Shown here piece after piece: positions 10,511 to 25,534 of a DNA stretch of 64,000 nucleotides. The notes under the pieces were generated by a model. The model saw only the letters and a program-made list of their open reading frames with translations, was not told where the DNA came from and did no database searches. The position numbers and the translations under genes are program-made. Numbering within the stretch: the first letter of the stretch is position 1; each line of letters begins with the position of its first letter. This stretch comes from Eledone cirrhosa (Eukaryota): the NCBI GenBank assembly GCA_964016885.1, contig OZ024746.1, positions 68,448,001-68,512,000 on the forward strand. Direction: 5' to 3'.

Positions 10511-12159
10511 CACAAAGAAATTATTGTTTAACAAACTAAGCAGAAGATAATATTGGAATCTATGGTTGAAGTAAGCAGAAATTGTAAACCTAAGCTTGCC
10601 AAGCTAGACAATGAAACAAGTGTAAAAATGAAACAAGTGTAAAAGTGTAGTCAATGAAACAAATGAAAAAGTGTAAAAGTCATCAGATGGTGAAGAGTGA
10701 CACAGTGAACATAATTGTTGCTATGATTTAGCCCTAGGTAAACCCTGATGAAGCAGACCCCAGATCAAAGGCATCCCAGTTATAATAATCAAAATCTTTT
10801 TCTTTTGTTTTTGTTTAGGCACAGGCTTTTTATGACTACATCCCTCCCTTTTGGAATGGGATATGAGGAGAATTTGGTTACTATTTTAACAGGTCAAGTG
10901 GTCATGTAGTGGTGTAATCATTGGTCTGTAGAAGGTGAATAGATATCAGGTAAAAAAAAATCCATCAGTTAATGGTAGTTATTGGGTTGATACAGACCAA
11001 GGAAGATATGTAAAGAAATGGTGGTGTCTGATCTGAAAATGTGTTTCACAACAAACTATACAAAAATATATTAATGGATGTTGAAATGTTGATTATATGA
11101 TTATTGTTATCATCATAATTATAACAGGATTGTAATATTAGTGAAGAAACGGGTGATGGATTAGCAGAATCAATAGAATATCAAACAAAATACCTTGTGG
11201 TATCTAGATATAGTTCTTTGTAGACTGTGTTCAAACCTTACCAAGGTTAACTTTGCCATTTCATCCGTTCAGGGTCATCATCATAACAAAATACTAGTTA
11301 TGTACTCAGTTAAGTTTAATTGACTACATCCTTTCCTGAAATGTGTGACCAATGTCAGAAATCAATAATCGCAAATAATGACAACTGCTTAGTTTTTATT
11401 CCAAGCTGGAACTTACTATACTACTGTATTTTGCAAATATATTACACTCAATCCATTTCATTATTGACTATATAACTCTAAAATATCACACCTAATTCAA
11501 AATATTATACAATGTTCTTTATATATTTTTTTTTAAAGTGGTCTGCCTGATCATGATGGATGAGATCTGAAAGATTCAATCATTTCAAAAATCAATCATT
11601 TCAAAAATTTCTCTGATCTTCAAAGTTAACAGATATATCATAGAAAATTCAGAAATACATAACACTAAAATCTGGTTTCATGGTGTTAAATGAATTAAAG
11701 ATAAATCTCATACAGTTGATCACAGGGAAATATTTATAGAATGCCTGACACTTATTTCCAACATTTAAATGATCTAAAGTATGTAGAACTAAACCTTCCA
11801 TCCAAACACAATGGCAAGCTGCAGTAAATTTGAACTGCTCCCATGAGTCTGTAGATCAACACCTTAATCAATGAACTAGTTTAACACCTTATTTAATGAA
11901 CCACGAGCATTGATTGATGTGTAAATAGATGGGAAGTGTTAGTTCTACCAATGGTCTTTATGGCATTGTGGTGTAAACTACAGGAATGGGAAACAGGATC
12001 TCCTGCTGGAGGAGAAAAAATAGCAAGAGGACAACTAGGAGTCATGACCTATGTGTGTTAAGAGAAATGAAGGACCAAAACACTTGTTTGATGGGAGTTC
12101 TCCATCAACCAATGTTCTATATGACTCCAGTTCTCATTGGTGGATTTGATTTGGGAAGA

Positions 12160-12505
12160 ATCATGCGCAATGTTAATGTGAGAGAATCACAGAGCTTGGA
12201 TGAAATGGGATAAAAACTGGATATAAGAGGAATCAGAAGTAGTGTGCAAGACTGTGTTCATATTAACATGTGATGTGCATGGATGATGATTGTTGGGTGT
12301 AGAAGTGGCAAGAAATCCAAGTAGAAGCAAGCCACAGTAGAAAAATACAAAAGAAAACATGGGAGGAGGAGGTGAAAGATGACTTCAAATTGCTGAAGCT
12401 CATGGTAGGATGATGACAAAAGAACATAGGTGGAGAGATGCTGTACTGAAAAGGTCAAACCAATTCAAGTCTAAAAAAGTCTATGTAAAATTGATGATGA
12501 TGATT
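12160..12505 (+). mobile_element. Old RTE LINE 3' fragment
   Basis: Diverged homology to ~5440-5760 (LDIRGIRSSV, HVMCMDDDCWV, KTWEEEVK) ending in (GAT)n. Confidence 0.7.
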
Positions 12506-13743
12506 ACTTTCTCTAGTCTCTTGCATTACTAAGCTGACCCTTGAGACAAAGGAGCTACTTGGAAATAGCAGGGAGACTGAGTCATGTAGTACCTGGGTGT
12601 GTCCATATGTCAGTAGGCCAGCATACTACATATCTTGGAGTCAGTCTTCTTCTGGAGTCTATGTAGGTGCTGCCCATGACCACACAGGCATATTTACCAT
12701 TTGTCACCACTGGGAGGTACTACAGTAAACCTAATGTTGGAGAGGTTACATACAAGCAAGAGAAACACACTCAGCTCTCCTTTTGCAGAGATCCAGAGGA
12801 AGCAAGAAGTATCTAGTACTACCACAATCACACTAACACAGTCATATCACAACAATCACCACATACCGAAGTTTAGTTGTACACATTTTCTGTCATAAAT
12901 TGTTCACTGCTTTACTTATATAACAGTAATGCTTTTGGAGATAGTAAAAAGATATTTATGATGCGAGTGCTTTTAGTAAAGTTGTTGGTTGGCATCATTG
13001 AAAGAAATAAAAGAACAAATGGTTGTAGTGGTGATTTTAGTAATTTGTGTAAGAATTAAGATAATGGGGATGGGACTATTGTGTTGCTAAATATATTAGT
13101 GGTTTTGTGTATGATAACACTAGAAAAGCAATTCAGAAATCCATAGAGAACTCTAATAGATAAATGTATTACATATATTGAATTACTGGATAAAATGCAA
13201 GTTCTAATCCAATAGATATTACAATATCTAGTTTAAAGAATCACTGTGACAAGATATTTAACATAGATATCAATTATCAAATGCTACATTTTCTAACATT
13301 GTATTAAAATAGATGTCATCTCTACAGCATTACTGTACAATGCATACATTTATCAAATATATTTGATAGCAAATACAGTTCCAATAACTAAATACAGTAA
13401 GTGATTTTTTACCAAGATGCTAGCAATTTTGCTAATCCACCTATTACACTAATGTAAAAAATCTGGAGTAGAACCCCGTCAGTTTTGATGATCAGTTTTT
13501 CAATTGTTTGATCAATGGAACAACCTGCTCATGAAATTAATGTTTAAGTGGCTGAGCATTCCACTGACACATGTTTCTTTAACATAATTTTCTATGAGAT
13601 TCAGTGAGACACAGTGCAACAAGGTAGGATATTTGAGTTACAGATAAGATAAAACTCATTTTTGCTTGCTGAGTGGACTGTAGCAATAGGAAATAAATAA
13701 CACAATGCACCACCAGTAATAAAGCGCTCAACCTTGTGATGGC

Positions 13744-13792
<49 letters not shown>

Positions 13793-14186
13793 AACGATCG
13801 ACTTTCGTCAAATCGGACCGAGGGAACAATGTTTCCGTTGGTCTTTCCAATTGCTAATACTATCTATCGGTCGCAACTCCAGGTAGAAGGAGCAACGTGA
13901 AATAAAGTGTCTTGCTCAAGGACATAACGCATCGCCTGGTCCAGGCGATGAAAGACGTAAAATAAGAAAATTTTAAAAATTAAAAATCAACTTACTAAAA
14001 TTTTCACTCCAACTAATTAGTTTCTGTAATGGGATAAATATAGTTACATAATATATATAACTATAGAGAATTCATTACGTCATCAATGCTTTCACCTGCA
14101 TAGAACCACATAGGTACTAAGACATAACTTATATATTTGCTAGCATGAGTGTACATCTGTACACATATGTTGGTAGATGTACTAAT

Positions 14187-14222
<36 letters not shown>

Positions 14223-14602
14223 AATATATATGTGAGACCTTATTTGCTCACAATACAGAGAGATGGGGAGGGCAAGAGAGATGGAGGCGATGACAGTGGG
14301 AGTTCGGCTCTTCCATGTTCGGACACATTGCACCTGTCATACTTTTCTAGAAATCTGTAATCATTCGATTATATATTGATTTAGGAATAATGTATTAAAT
14401 GTAACGATATCGTTTTATAGGGATTAACCTTGTGGTTGAGATTCGAACACTGTAAATATTAAGCTACCTATGTAATAATGCTGTCACCAATGTGTATTAC
14501 ATTTTCCTGTGTTAAGCCAAAGAAGGAGTGACTACATGATCATAATGACCTGCTAGAAATAGTAGCCCCAAATATCACTCAAATCACTCTTTACCATTTT
14601 AA

Positions 14603-14843
14603 TCCTTTCATGGTCATACTTCTATTAAAATTAATTCTTTTTCAATTAATTCATGACGAAGTTTTAGAGATTTACTAACATTATTAATGATTTTATTGTT
14701 AAAATAGTAATTTAACATATGGTTCTTACGTATGATCATGTATGAACATTTTTATTTAAATGGAAACTCTTTAAAATAGGTGATTTTTGTTGCATAGAAC
14801 CAGGGGAGGGAGGGGGGGTTCAGGCAGGTAGGTATCAAAAGTG
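14603..14843. mobile_element. Possible piggyBac-like MITE
   Basis: TTAA flanks at 14599 and 14844 with degenerate TCCTTTC.../...AAAAGTG ends; a similar right end occurs at ~37655-37670. Confidence 0.35.
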
Positions 14844-16687
14844 TTAATGAAATAACACATTAGATAATGTCCTACATACTCTTAAAAATACTGTATATTC
14901 ATGGCTGGAAACCTTTGATCAAAGATCTGCTTAGTCAGGTTTAACATAAAGTTGAACAACAACTACAAACTCCTGTGTTCAGCCAAGGTGAGAGCTTCTA
15001 TACAGTTGTTCAACCTGTTAGAAATAGCAACCAAATATCCCTCACATCATACCTTACTGTCTGAAAAAAGAAAGGTTACATTGAACTCATTGCAAAAGTA
15101 GATTATCGGGTGTGATCATCATCATTTTCATCACTGGTTAACATTTATTTTCCGTGTTGTTTTGCCTAAAGTCAATTCTGATTGAGGAGACGTAAGATCT
15201 AAGCCATTCCAACCATGACAATCCTGCATTTTTTTAAGGGAAGGGGTGTCTGGGAGTGCCCTACCCTTTCTTTTAAAGCTATATGTAGGTTTTGATTTAT
15301 GTGAAATTTGGCTCTTATTTCCAGTAAGTTCAGTAGCCATGAACAGGTTTATTTACAAATAGAAATGAATTGGGAGAGACATATGTTCACAAGTAGTCCA
15401 TTACATCTTGTCTAAAGGTCACTATGATGTACATTTGTTAATGCCTAAAGCTATTATTTTCATTTCAGCATTCATTAAAATAATATTACTGCTATACATA
15501 TAAGATTATTTTTCATAGTCCAAAAAAATGTGCAGTGAAGCTTCTAACTTTCGGTTAATTTTCAATAAATATAAACATTTTTCTGTCTCTGGGAGCTTAA
15601 ATCCTGAGTTGAAGCAGTTAATTTTAAGCTAACATACATTCAAAATATTTATAAATGATTTATTCCCTAGTCCTTTCCTCCCTTTTCCTCTCATTTAAAG
15701 CATTTATGGTCCTTTCCAATACTACTTTCTTTTTCTATATATTTGACTAAATATTAAATTCTCTATTATTTTTATGTAATTTTATCCTAGAAATATATTT
15801 GCATATTTTTAAATAAAATAATTTACATATGCTAGTCTTCTATGTCAACCAGTGTACATTCGTATACATTCACTTAGTGATTCTTCATCAGTATATTAGT
15901 AAGTACAATTAGGTCTATGCTGTACTGATGAGGTGATAAATTTGAAATATCTTCAGAGCTGTACTCCATACATGTCAAAATTGTTCAAATAACATTCATA
16001 ATTCACAAACATTGCTTTTATCTCACAGTGCAATTATTTCTAGTTAGTTTTTATAATGTGCTATGAAGTAAATGTTAACACTAAGTTAACCACACACACA
16101 CACTTGGCTATTTACACATATATCCTGCATACACCATTATTTCCAAGCAATATATATATATTTGTGGATGATGATGGTGAGGTGATAATTCTTTATAACA
16201 TAGGCACAAGGTCAACAATTTGAGGAAACAAGAAAGTCAACTATATTGAGCTCAGAAAGATGAAAGGCAAAGTTTCACCTCAGTGGAATTTGAACTCAAA
16301 ACATAGAAAATCAAAGCATTTTGTTGAATGTTCTAATGATTTTGCCGATCCTCTGCCCTATATGGAGGTGTTAAAATAATCATAAAGGGCTGAAGATGCA
16401 CCAAATGTTTGTGTTTCATATATACATGCAAATATAAAGTATGCAATGAAAAGAAATTAGTCACGCAAAATGAAGATAGTGTGTGTTTTTTTAAAATGGG
16501 TTTGTGAAATGGCTATCTCATTTGTTTTTTATTGACCAGCTTTTGCTTTTGTGAGTTCTTCAAACGTATTATTTTCACAGTTACATTTGTTATGGGCTTG
16601 TCTCTCTCTCTCTCTTTTCGTGTATGTAGACCCGTCCAACCCTTGCTAGCAGGAAAAGAGGACATTAAAATGACACTGATATATATA

Positions 16688-16718
<31 letters not shown>

Positions 16719-18844
16719 CTGTGTCTGTCTGACACATACCATCATGGAAAAAAAAACGAACATAAACTGATGATGATATAAACCTCTGCTGCTATATATT
16801 TACAGACATACATTGATATTTATATCTTCACAGTCATAAACATTTACAGTTCTATATTCATGTATAACAGCCTTGCTCTCGTTAAATCACTTATATCTTT
16901 AAATTCAGTAATATATCTATATTAAGTATAATTGTTCCTACTTTAGGCACAAGGCCAGCAATTACCCCAGTGCATTACTGGTACTTTATTTTATCGACCC
17001 CGTAAGGATGAAAGGCAAAGTCAACCTCGGCGGGATTTGTGGGCAGGCATGTGGCTTAGTGGTTAGAGAGGGCCAAGCAATGCGTTATGCCCTTGAACAA
17101 GGCACCTTATTTCACATTACTCCTCCTGCCAGGTGTTGCAGTCAGTAGATAGTATCAACAAGTGGAATGACTAAAGGAAACTTGATGTTAAACGATGATG
17201 CTGATATGGGTATGTGTGTGTATTGTTTTTATTTATTTATTTGCTTCTGATTGTTTTTATTGTCATCTGTCACAGCTCACTACGACTAATTCTTTTTTTT
17301 TTTTGTTATAAGGGAATTTTTTACTGTTTAGTCAGGGAGGGAAAGGCAGTGTCTCTGATCTTTTTCAAGGTTTTTGAATCTAGTGGAAAGGAGAAAAGCA
17401 TCCTTAAACCTGAGACCTGTGGATGGGACATGTAGAAAAGGGAGGGCAATGAAGACATGGGGCAAAGTTATAAAGAATGACCTCCAGACACAACTTCATG
17501 AAAGAGATGACAAGACTGGGATGACTAGTGATATGCCATAACACAAAAGACTCATTGACAGTACAAGCATTGCCTCACTAAAAGTAAATATGGTAAGAGA
17601 CCAAAAGCTATAGAGTGTAACAATCAAAAGGGGTCAATGTAGAGTTTGGGTAGATTCTTGAGTCTGGCCTAGCATTTGACATCTCTAGTACTGGCGACAA
17701 AATAAAATCTACCCACTACATCCTGTAATGGGTTAGTGTTGGTGCTATGTTAAAATATACTCAGTGTACTTAGTAAAATGGTAGTACTGGTGACTCAAAA
17801 AATGCACCCAGTAAGATGATTGGCATGAGGAATCGTATCTAGTTTTAGAAACTATGCTAAATATGGAATGTAATGAGCCTGATAGATTTTTCTGACCCAT
17901 CTGTTCTTTGACTGTGACAGCCCTCCAGCCATTACTACCATGAAAAGTGGGCATGAAATGATAATGATGATGATGTGTGTGTACATGTATTTATGTCTCA
18001 TAACTTTACAATTCAACAACAAAAAAAGATCAGTAAAATAAGGACCAGAACTGAAAAGATAAGTACTAGGGCTGATCTGATATGATTGACTAAATCAAAG
18101 TGGTGTCCCAACATAGCAACAGTCCTGTAGCTGAAGCTAGTAAAAAAAACTAAATGAATAAAAGAATACATATATACACATGTATGTATGTATGTATTCA
18201 ATAGGCTTCATTAGATTTTGTTGTAAAGCAAACTTCTATATATATATATATATACACATAGTATAGATATATATTACACTTAGTAGTGATCAAGCTCATA
18301 TAAATATAGGGACCTAGTTGACTGGCTCAGATCTATGAATTTACATCTCTTGAGAAATATAGAACACTTTACAATATATATTTCTCCCTTTCTAGGATCG
18401 ATAATATAAGTGCCATAGATATAAAATCGATTATGATCCCTCTACTTACAGAGGAGTCTTTAAACCTAGTCAAAAACTAATAAAAGTAAATATTAGTGTA
18501 AAGAAAAAAAAAATTTGTTGAGGTTTTTTTTTGTGTTGTGGTTGAGGTTTGTTGTCTAACAATTCCCCCGATGTTTTCTATAATCATCTTACATCTACGT
18601 TGCATGAACATCTTACAAGTAATATTGTAAGAAATGCAAAATAAATAAATAAATAAGTAAGTAAACAAATAAGTAAATAATTTAAAAATTGTTGCAAAGA
18701 GGTGGGGGGGTATATATATATATGAGTTTGGCAAAAAGCCATAACAGATGAAGAAATTTTAATGATTTGCATGACTTTGGAACATTTCTCAAGAAAGGGA
18801 GAGGAAAAAATGGTATATATATATATATACACATAGCCACATAT

Positions 18845-18909
<65 letters not shown>

Positions 18910-19185
18910 TACATATATATAAATATATATACACATACACATACACACACATATATATCATTATTGTCGTTTTAACGTCCACTTTCTCCCTTATATATGA
19001 ATATATATATATATATACAAACATTTTTATATATATATATATATATATATACAAACATTTATATATATATATCATCATCATCATCATCATCATCGTTTAA
19101 CGTCCATGTTCCGATGATGATGATGATGATATATATATATATATATAAATGTTTGTATATATATATATATATATATATAAATGTT

Positions 19186-19228
<43 letters not shown>

Positions 19229-19803
19229 GTATGTATATATATATATATTCATATATATATATATATAAATAATATATTTATACAAATAAATATATGTGCA
19301 TGTACTCAGTATCTTTTTATTTCTTTTTTTCATTCATTTCTTTTTTTTTCAAACTTTTTCACTTTTATTTCAATTTATTTTCTTTTTTCCTAGTCAACTT
19401 ATTTTGTTTTTCAGACTCTCTAATTTGTATTCTTTTTATGTTTTGCAGGCAATGATTGCTGTTTGGGTTTATTTGCGAGTTGTTTTCAGTTAACATTAAA
19501 GTGAAAGCTAGAAAGGTACAATTTAGTCTATTACAGATAGTGGGTGGAGATAGTTATCATATTTTGTTTTACATTAAACGCAAAATAACATCATATATAT
19601 ATATATACACATATATATACACAAAACACACATAAATATATTTATATATGTGTATATATATATACATGTATATATACATGTATATATATGTGTGTATATA
19701 TATATATATGTAATATATATATATATTTGTGTGTGTGTATATATCTATATATGTATATATATGTGTATGTGTGTGTATGTGTGTGCATATGTATATGTGT
19801 GTG

Positions 19804-19879
<76 letters not shown>

Positions 19880-20014
19880 TAAATTCAATATATTTTCAAG
19901 CATTTGTAAAAAAATAAATTCATCCTACATCTCATTTATCAATTTATTTATTCTCTTATTGTTCTTGTTAATGGTGTTGGTGGTGATATCATTACTATAT
20001 TTTGTTGTATAATG

Positions 20015-20062
<48 letters not shown>

Positions 20063-20504
20063 TACAAAATTATTGATACTTTAAATAACTATCAAACTTT
20101 GTATTACAGTGGTTGTTCAGTGCTTCTATCTATCTATCTATCTATCTATCTTCCTCTCCTCCTCTCTCTATTTATCTATCACTGCAATCTAGTCAGACCA
20201 GCCCAGTTTCACACCGATTCCACAATTGTACCTAATGAATAGCATGGAAGAAGAAATTGAGTTTAGACCACAGCTAATGATGAACTTGATGACTTGAGAA
20301 GAAATAAGAATAATATTTTGTTAACAACTTCTTTTAAAAAAGAAACGTCTTATGTTCAGAAAATGAATGCTTGAAACATCTCACTTTCTCTAAAAACAAG
20401 TTACAAGTTTTTAATGAAAAGAGACAAGAAAAATATTACTTATATTCAAGGAAATATATGTCTAAATATATATTTTGTGTTCAAGAAAAAAAAAAACACT
20501 TTGA

Positions 20505-20850
20505 GGTGGCCAATTGGCTGTCATTAGAATGTCAGATGGAATGCTTGGCAGTATTTTTTCTGGCTCTCCACACTCAGAGTTCAATTCCCATTGAGGTCAA
20601 CTTTGCTTTTATCCATTTGAGGTGAATGAAAGAAGTACCAGTCCAGTACTAGGGTCGATTCTTCCACTGCCTCAAATTTTTTTTTCTCTCTCCCTCTCTT
20701 TTTCTGGAAGAAATCAGCTATGTTCAGACATGGAGAGGAGATGGGCTCTGCCAGGTTTAAAATATTCAAGCCATACTGTATGTTACTATAGCGCCCTTTC
20801 AAAATGATCAGGAGTCCATACATACAAATATATTTTCTGGAATACAGATG
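20505..20850 (+). mobile_element. Older long variant of SINE family 2 with extra 3' body; other copies ~27165-27460(-), ~44600-44880(-), ~49570-49910(-)
   Basis: GAGTTCAATTCCC...GAGGTCAACTTTGCTTTTATCC core plus a shared downstream block (GAAGAAATC...GGGCTCTGCCAGG...). Confidence 0.7.
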
Positions 20851-22621
20851 TCTCCCCCATGTCAATCTAACCTCTGGGTCAAATTGCTTTGATTGAAATG
20901 AGACAATGTAAGGTAGTGAGTACCCTTTAGAGTTATGAGTCTCAAAGTAAACTCACTAATATTGCTAACGATAAAGTTCACCCACTACACTGTACAGTGC
21001 TAGTGCAGGTGCCATAATAGAAAGCATCCAGTACAGTCTGAAAAGTGATTGGTATTTATAAGGGCATCCAGTCATAGAAACCATACTACAAATGGATTGA
21101 ACGAGTAAGATGAGGTTATCTAACTATTCTTCTCTCTCTCATCAGAAATATGGTTATGAAGGGGTTAAAATGGTATGGAATGACATAAATGAGATTTGGG
21201 GATACTATTTCTAGAAGGCCATTATGACCATACACAGGCTTAATCTTTAGCTTGTCACAGGAAAATATAATACACATTGATAACAGTATTATTATATAGG
21301 TGGCCTAGTGGTTAATCTGTTCAATCTCAATCATAAGGTCATGAGTTTGAATCCTCTCTACTCTGTATTGTCTCCATTTGACCACCAACCAGTTTACAGA
21401 GTGTACTGCAGACATTTTTCATGACACTAAAACTACAGAGGTTGTCTTGCAAGACTAAAATAACCCCTCTACTTTACATAATCACTGTTGTTTGAAAGTA
21501 AATGGAACCAAGTGTAGGATTAGGAGAGGAGGGGAGCAGTAGCTAAATTGAAAGAGGAGGAGGACCTCTTCAGTCATGGCTAACCATTTGTTTGCACCTA
21601 GAAAGTTCCTCACTGAGGCATAGGCTTCAACAAGATGTTTTTGTGGAAGACTTGCTGTCATCCATGCATGCCAGTCTTTCCTCCTTGCACCACTAATCAT
21701 AATATAATAAAGGGAGGAGTGCAGGACTGTGTCCTGAATATATTTGTTCATCCTGTTTGTAAAATAAGTTGGATTACTTTGAATAAATGACTGAATATTA
21801 CATAATTTATGTACTAAATTTCGTAGCTGTTGATTAAACATAAATGTTATATATAATGGTTGCTTATTTTAAGATTCACTTCTTTTAAAATTTTCAAATG
21901 CCAATACTTCCGGTTTTGATATAATGGACGCTATATTATATCGTTTATATAAATCTTCATATATTTGCATCGTTATATCATAACGTTTATATTTCTATCG
22001 CTAATTTTCTCCTTTTTCATTTTCATTACAGACTCTTCAATTTCTGTGCATATTGTCAATTACGATTTTATTTGATGTATCATATCTACATGCATGTATA
22101 TTTACATATAATATCAATATGCACACTACACATGCTAGCAGAAAACCATGCAAGGGTAGTTTTACTGCTAGTATATATAATGTGTTTAGTAATGTTATAT
22201 ATAAGAATGTAAGATAAAGGGTAAAGATTTGCTTCAGTCAGAAATGACAATGGGTTTTGCACCTAGAAAGTTCCTCTCCAAGGCAAAATTTTTTTTGCGA
22301 AAAACCTGCAGTCACTCAAGCATAACAGTCTCCCCTCTCCACAACAACAACGTCATCTAAGGAAAAGACAAAGGCCTATACAGTGTAATACCAGTCATGT
22401 CACAACACATATATACACCATATACATATGATATATACTATATATATAGTGGTGTCCAAGGGAAAGGCAATGCTGATACAGCCTGACACTAGTGTCATTG
22501 CAACTCATTTTTTCCAGCTAAGTGAAACTAAAGTGTTTTCCTCAAGAACACAACACATTGCTTGATCTAGGAATCAAAAAGAATATACATGTTTAAATCC
22601 ATTGGATAACTGGATGTATAA

Positions 22622-23070
22622 CCATATACACTCAAATATAATCCGAGGTGGTCGTGGAGGTGCCACGGCAAAAAAGCACCCAGCCCACACTGTAAAGTGG
22701 ACGTGTAAGCGCCACGAAAAAGCACCCAGCACTCACTGTAAATGAGGTTGGTGTTAGGAAGGGCATCCAGCTGTAGAAATCAAGCCAAATCAGTTCCTGT
22801 ATGAGCAAGGCATGGTCAGCCGACCAGACACTGCCCACAACAGGACAACCCGTCTAACCCATGTTAGCGTGGAAGAACGGACGTAAAACGGTGATGTTGA
22901 TGATGATGATGAATATGTGACCAAAAAAATGATAGACTGGGAGCGGTCCAGCTTATATATGCCATATAAATAATGTGTTTATTAGCTGTGTCAGCTTATA
23001 AATGGGGTTTGGATTTTACCCATTTCTCAGACATAAAATAGGGTCTCAGCTTATATTTGAGTATATACAA
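22622..23070. mobile_element. pogo/Tigger-like MITE interrupted by an RTE-tail element (~22645-22912, +)
   Basis: Ends CCATATACACTCAAATATAA / TTATATTTGAGTATATACAA; same family as 27578-27763. Confidence 0.6.
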
Positions 23071-23232
23071 TAAATATATTTTGACTGTTGCAATGATTAT
23101 ACAAAGATGCTAGTGAAATATTGATTTGTAAATTAGGCACAAGCTCATTAGATATTTTGGAAGGGGTTTAAGGACAATGAATTATATCAAATGACCCTTG
23201 CTAACAAGGGAAATAGACATTAAATAGTAATT

Positions 23233-23497
23233 ATGATGATGATGACCATGATGATGGTGAATATGATGGTGAAGATAATAATGGTGATAATGGTGAAGAT
23301 GATGTTGATGATGGTGGTGGTAGTGTTGGTAGTGGTGGTGATGGTGAAGATAATGATGGTGATGAGGCAGTTGGTGGTGGTTATGATAATGATGGTGATG
23401 TCAGTGCTGGTGGTGATGAAGATAATGGTGGTGGTGGTGGTGATGGTGGTAAAAATTATGATAATGAAGATGATGGTGGTAGTGGTGATGATGATGC
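23233..23497. repeat. Imperfect (GAT/GGT)n trinucleotide repeat
   Basis: Direct reading. Confidence 0.9.
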
Positions 23498-23876
23498 AAT
23501 ACTTTACTGATTGTTATATAATCAAGTCCAGCAGGAAGACAACACCATCAAGAGCTGACCTCAAAACATAAAGAGATACTAATATGGCACAAATTGATGT
23601 AAATGAAAGACCTTTTGTCTGAAAATACATTTTAAAGCTGAAGTATTATATAAGCATTTATGTCAATATTACAGCAATGATCTCTGATTATGGAATAAAT
23701 GTACATCATAGACATAATCTAATCAAATTCTTTGCTATGTCCTACAAACAGAGTGCGGCATGGTTAAAAGGATAAGATCTTCAGCTCACAATCATGAGGT
23801 TCTGGGTTTGATAGCATTATCTGGGCATAGGTTGACAGAAACTGTGTAGAAGTCTGCTGGATGGCTGGTACCTGTA

Positions 23877-24049
23877 CGAGGGTCAGCTGAAAAGGAGTGA
23901 TGCTAGTGCTGTGACATCTTACATTAATTTCAACTCTTCTTATTAAGAACTATATTGTTTCTTTCCAGGGATTATGTGAAAAATAAACCTCATTTGGTCA
24001 CTCCATGAGAGTATCTTGGTCAGCCTATGAACTTTTCAGCTGACCCTTG
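23877..24049. mobile_element. Mariner-type MITE with TA target duplication
   Basis: TA-CGAGGGTCAGCTGAAAAG ... CTTTTCAGCTGACCCTTG-TA terminal inverted repeats. Confidence 0.8.
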
Positions 24050-24110
24050 TAATTCAAAGAGCCAGCCTTATCACATGTGTCACACCAAATCTCCATAAGA
24101 ATTATGTTAA

Positions 24111-24333
24111 CCCTTTAGCATTTAAACAAGGCGTATCCAACAAGAATTCTCTCACCTCTTTCTGATCAAACCGGCTGTAACCAGCCACTCATACTGATGT
24201 TGAGGTATTGTTCTCAAAATAAATAATATAAAAATCTCATAGATTCGATATTATGTGAGATAATTATGTGAAGTAAAGCCTTTACCATGAAAATATAATA
24301 GTATATATATACAGTAATGTAAATGCTAAAGGG
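24111..24333. mobile_element. piggyBac-like MITE
   Basis: TTAA-CCCTTTAGCATTTA ... TAAATGCTAAAGGG-GTAA; the right part recurs at ~54435-54535. Confidence 0.7.
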
Positions 24334-25534
24334 GTAAAGGTACAAGGGTTCACATGTATGTGGTATACACAGTCACTTACACACAAATATAATGAGTAGG
24401 CCAAACTATTGATCAAACAACTGGAACACCCATCATCAAAGCCAATGATGGTGCATTTACTTTTACTATGTATGGCTCTGGCTTTACTATTTATTTTAGT
24501 ATATTTCATCATTCTACTTTATTGATTATGGGGTGAGAGAAAATGAAAGATTAGATCAACTTTGGCAAAACTCAAACTCAGAATCGAAAGTTATAACAAA
24601 CAACCGTTCAATTATACAGTACAGGTCAACAATCTGACATTGATCCACCTTTAAATACAATCTATTAGGTTATGTCTAATCTTATTATTATTTTGAGTTA
24701 TATTCCATAGTGTCAGTTATTATATCATAAATAATAAACTAAAAAGACAATACTGAATACAAAGAGTCAGTTATAAGTTTCCATCAATGAAGTTAATTCA
24801 GAAAAACTAAATTATATAATATAAAAATAACAAAACAAACATAAACAGTCGACAACGGTTTGATTTTACTGTTTACTGATAGTTGTTACTGTTTACTGGT
24901 TGTGCTGGTGCCACAATAAAATGCACCCAGTACACTCCGTAAATTGGTTGGCATTAGAGAGGGTATCAAGCTGTAAAAACTATGACAAATATGTATGAGT
25001 AAGACATGGTCCGCTGATCCATCTATTTCTCAGATTCTGACAACCTATCAAACTCATGCCAGCATGGAAAACAAACAAAAATAATAGTGATTATCATGAT
25101 GACAAAGAGGAGAATGAGGAAAGAAGGGCAGTTCCCAAGACCCTTTTCAGAACTTCCAAGACAAATGAGGGCAAGAGAGGAAAATATTTTCTTCCAATAT
25201 TTGCTTCCAATACTTTACAACAGAAGAGACACCCAGTGGTTAGGTAGAGAGGGTCATTAAATGAGATGATGGATTAAGTAGACCACAATAAAATTTGAAC
25301 TCAAAACACACAGCATCTTATCCGGTAGACTAACAATTCCATTAGACAGGTTCTTTATTTTATCAACCCCAGAACATTAAAGGCAAAATTTACTGTGGAG
25401 GGATTTGAATTTAGAGTGCAGAGAAGTGAAACAAATACTACAAAGCATTATTTGTCATTCAAATGATGCTGCTAATTTGTAAAATGACAATCTAAAATAG
25501 AATAGATAAAATTATATAAAAACAAAACAAAAGT

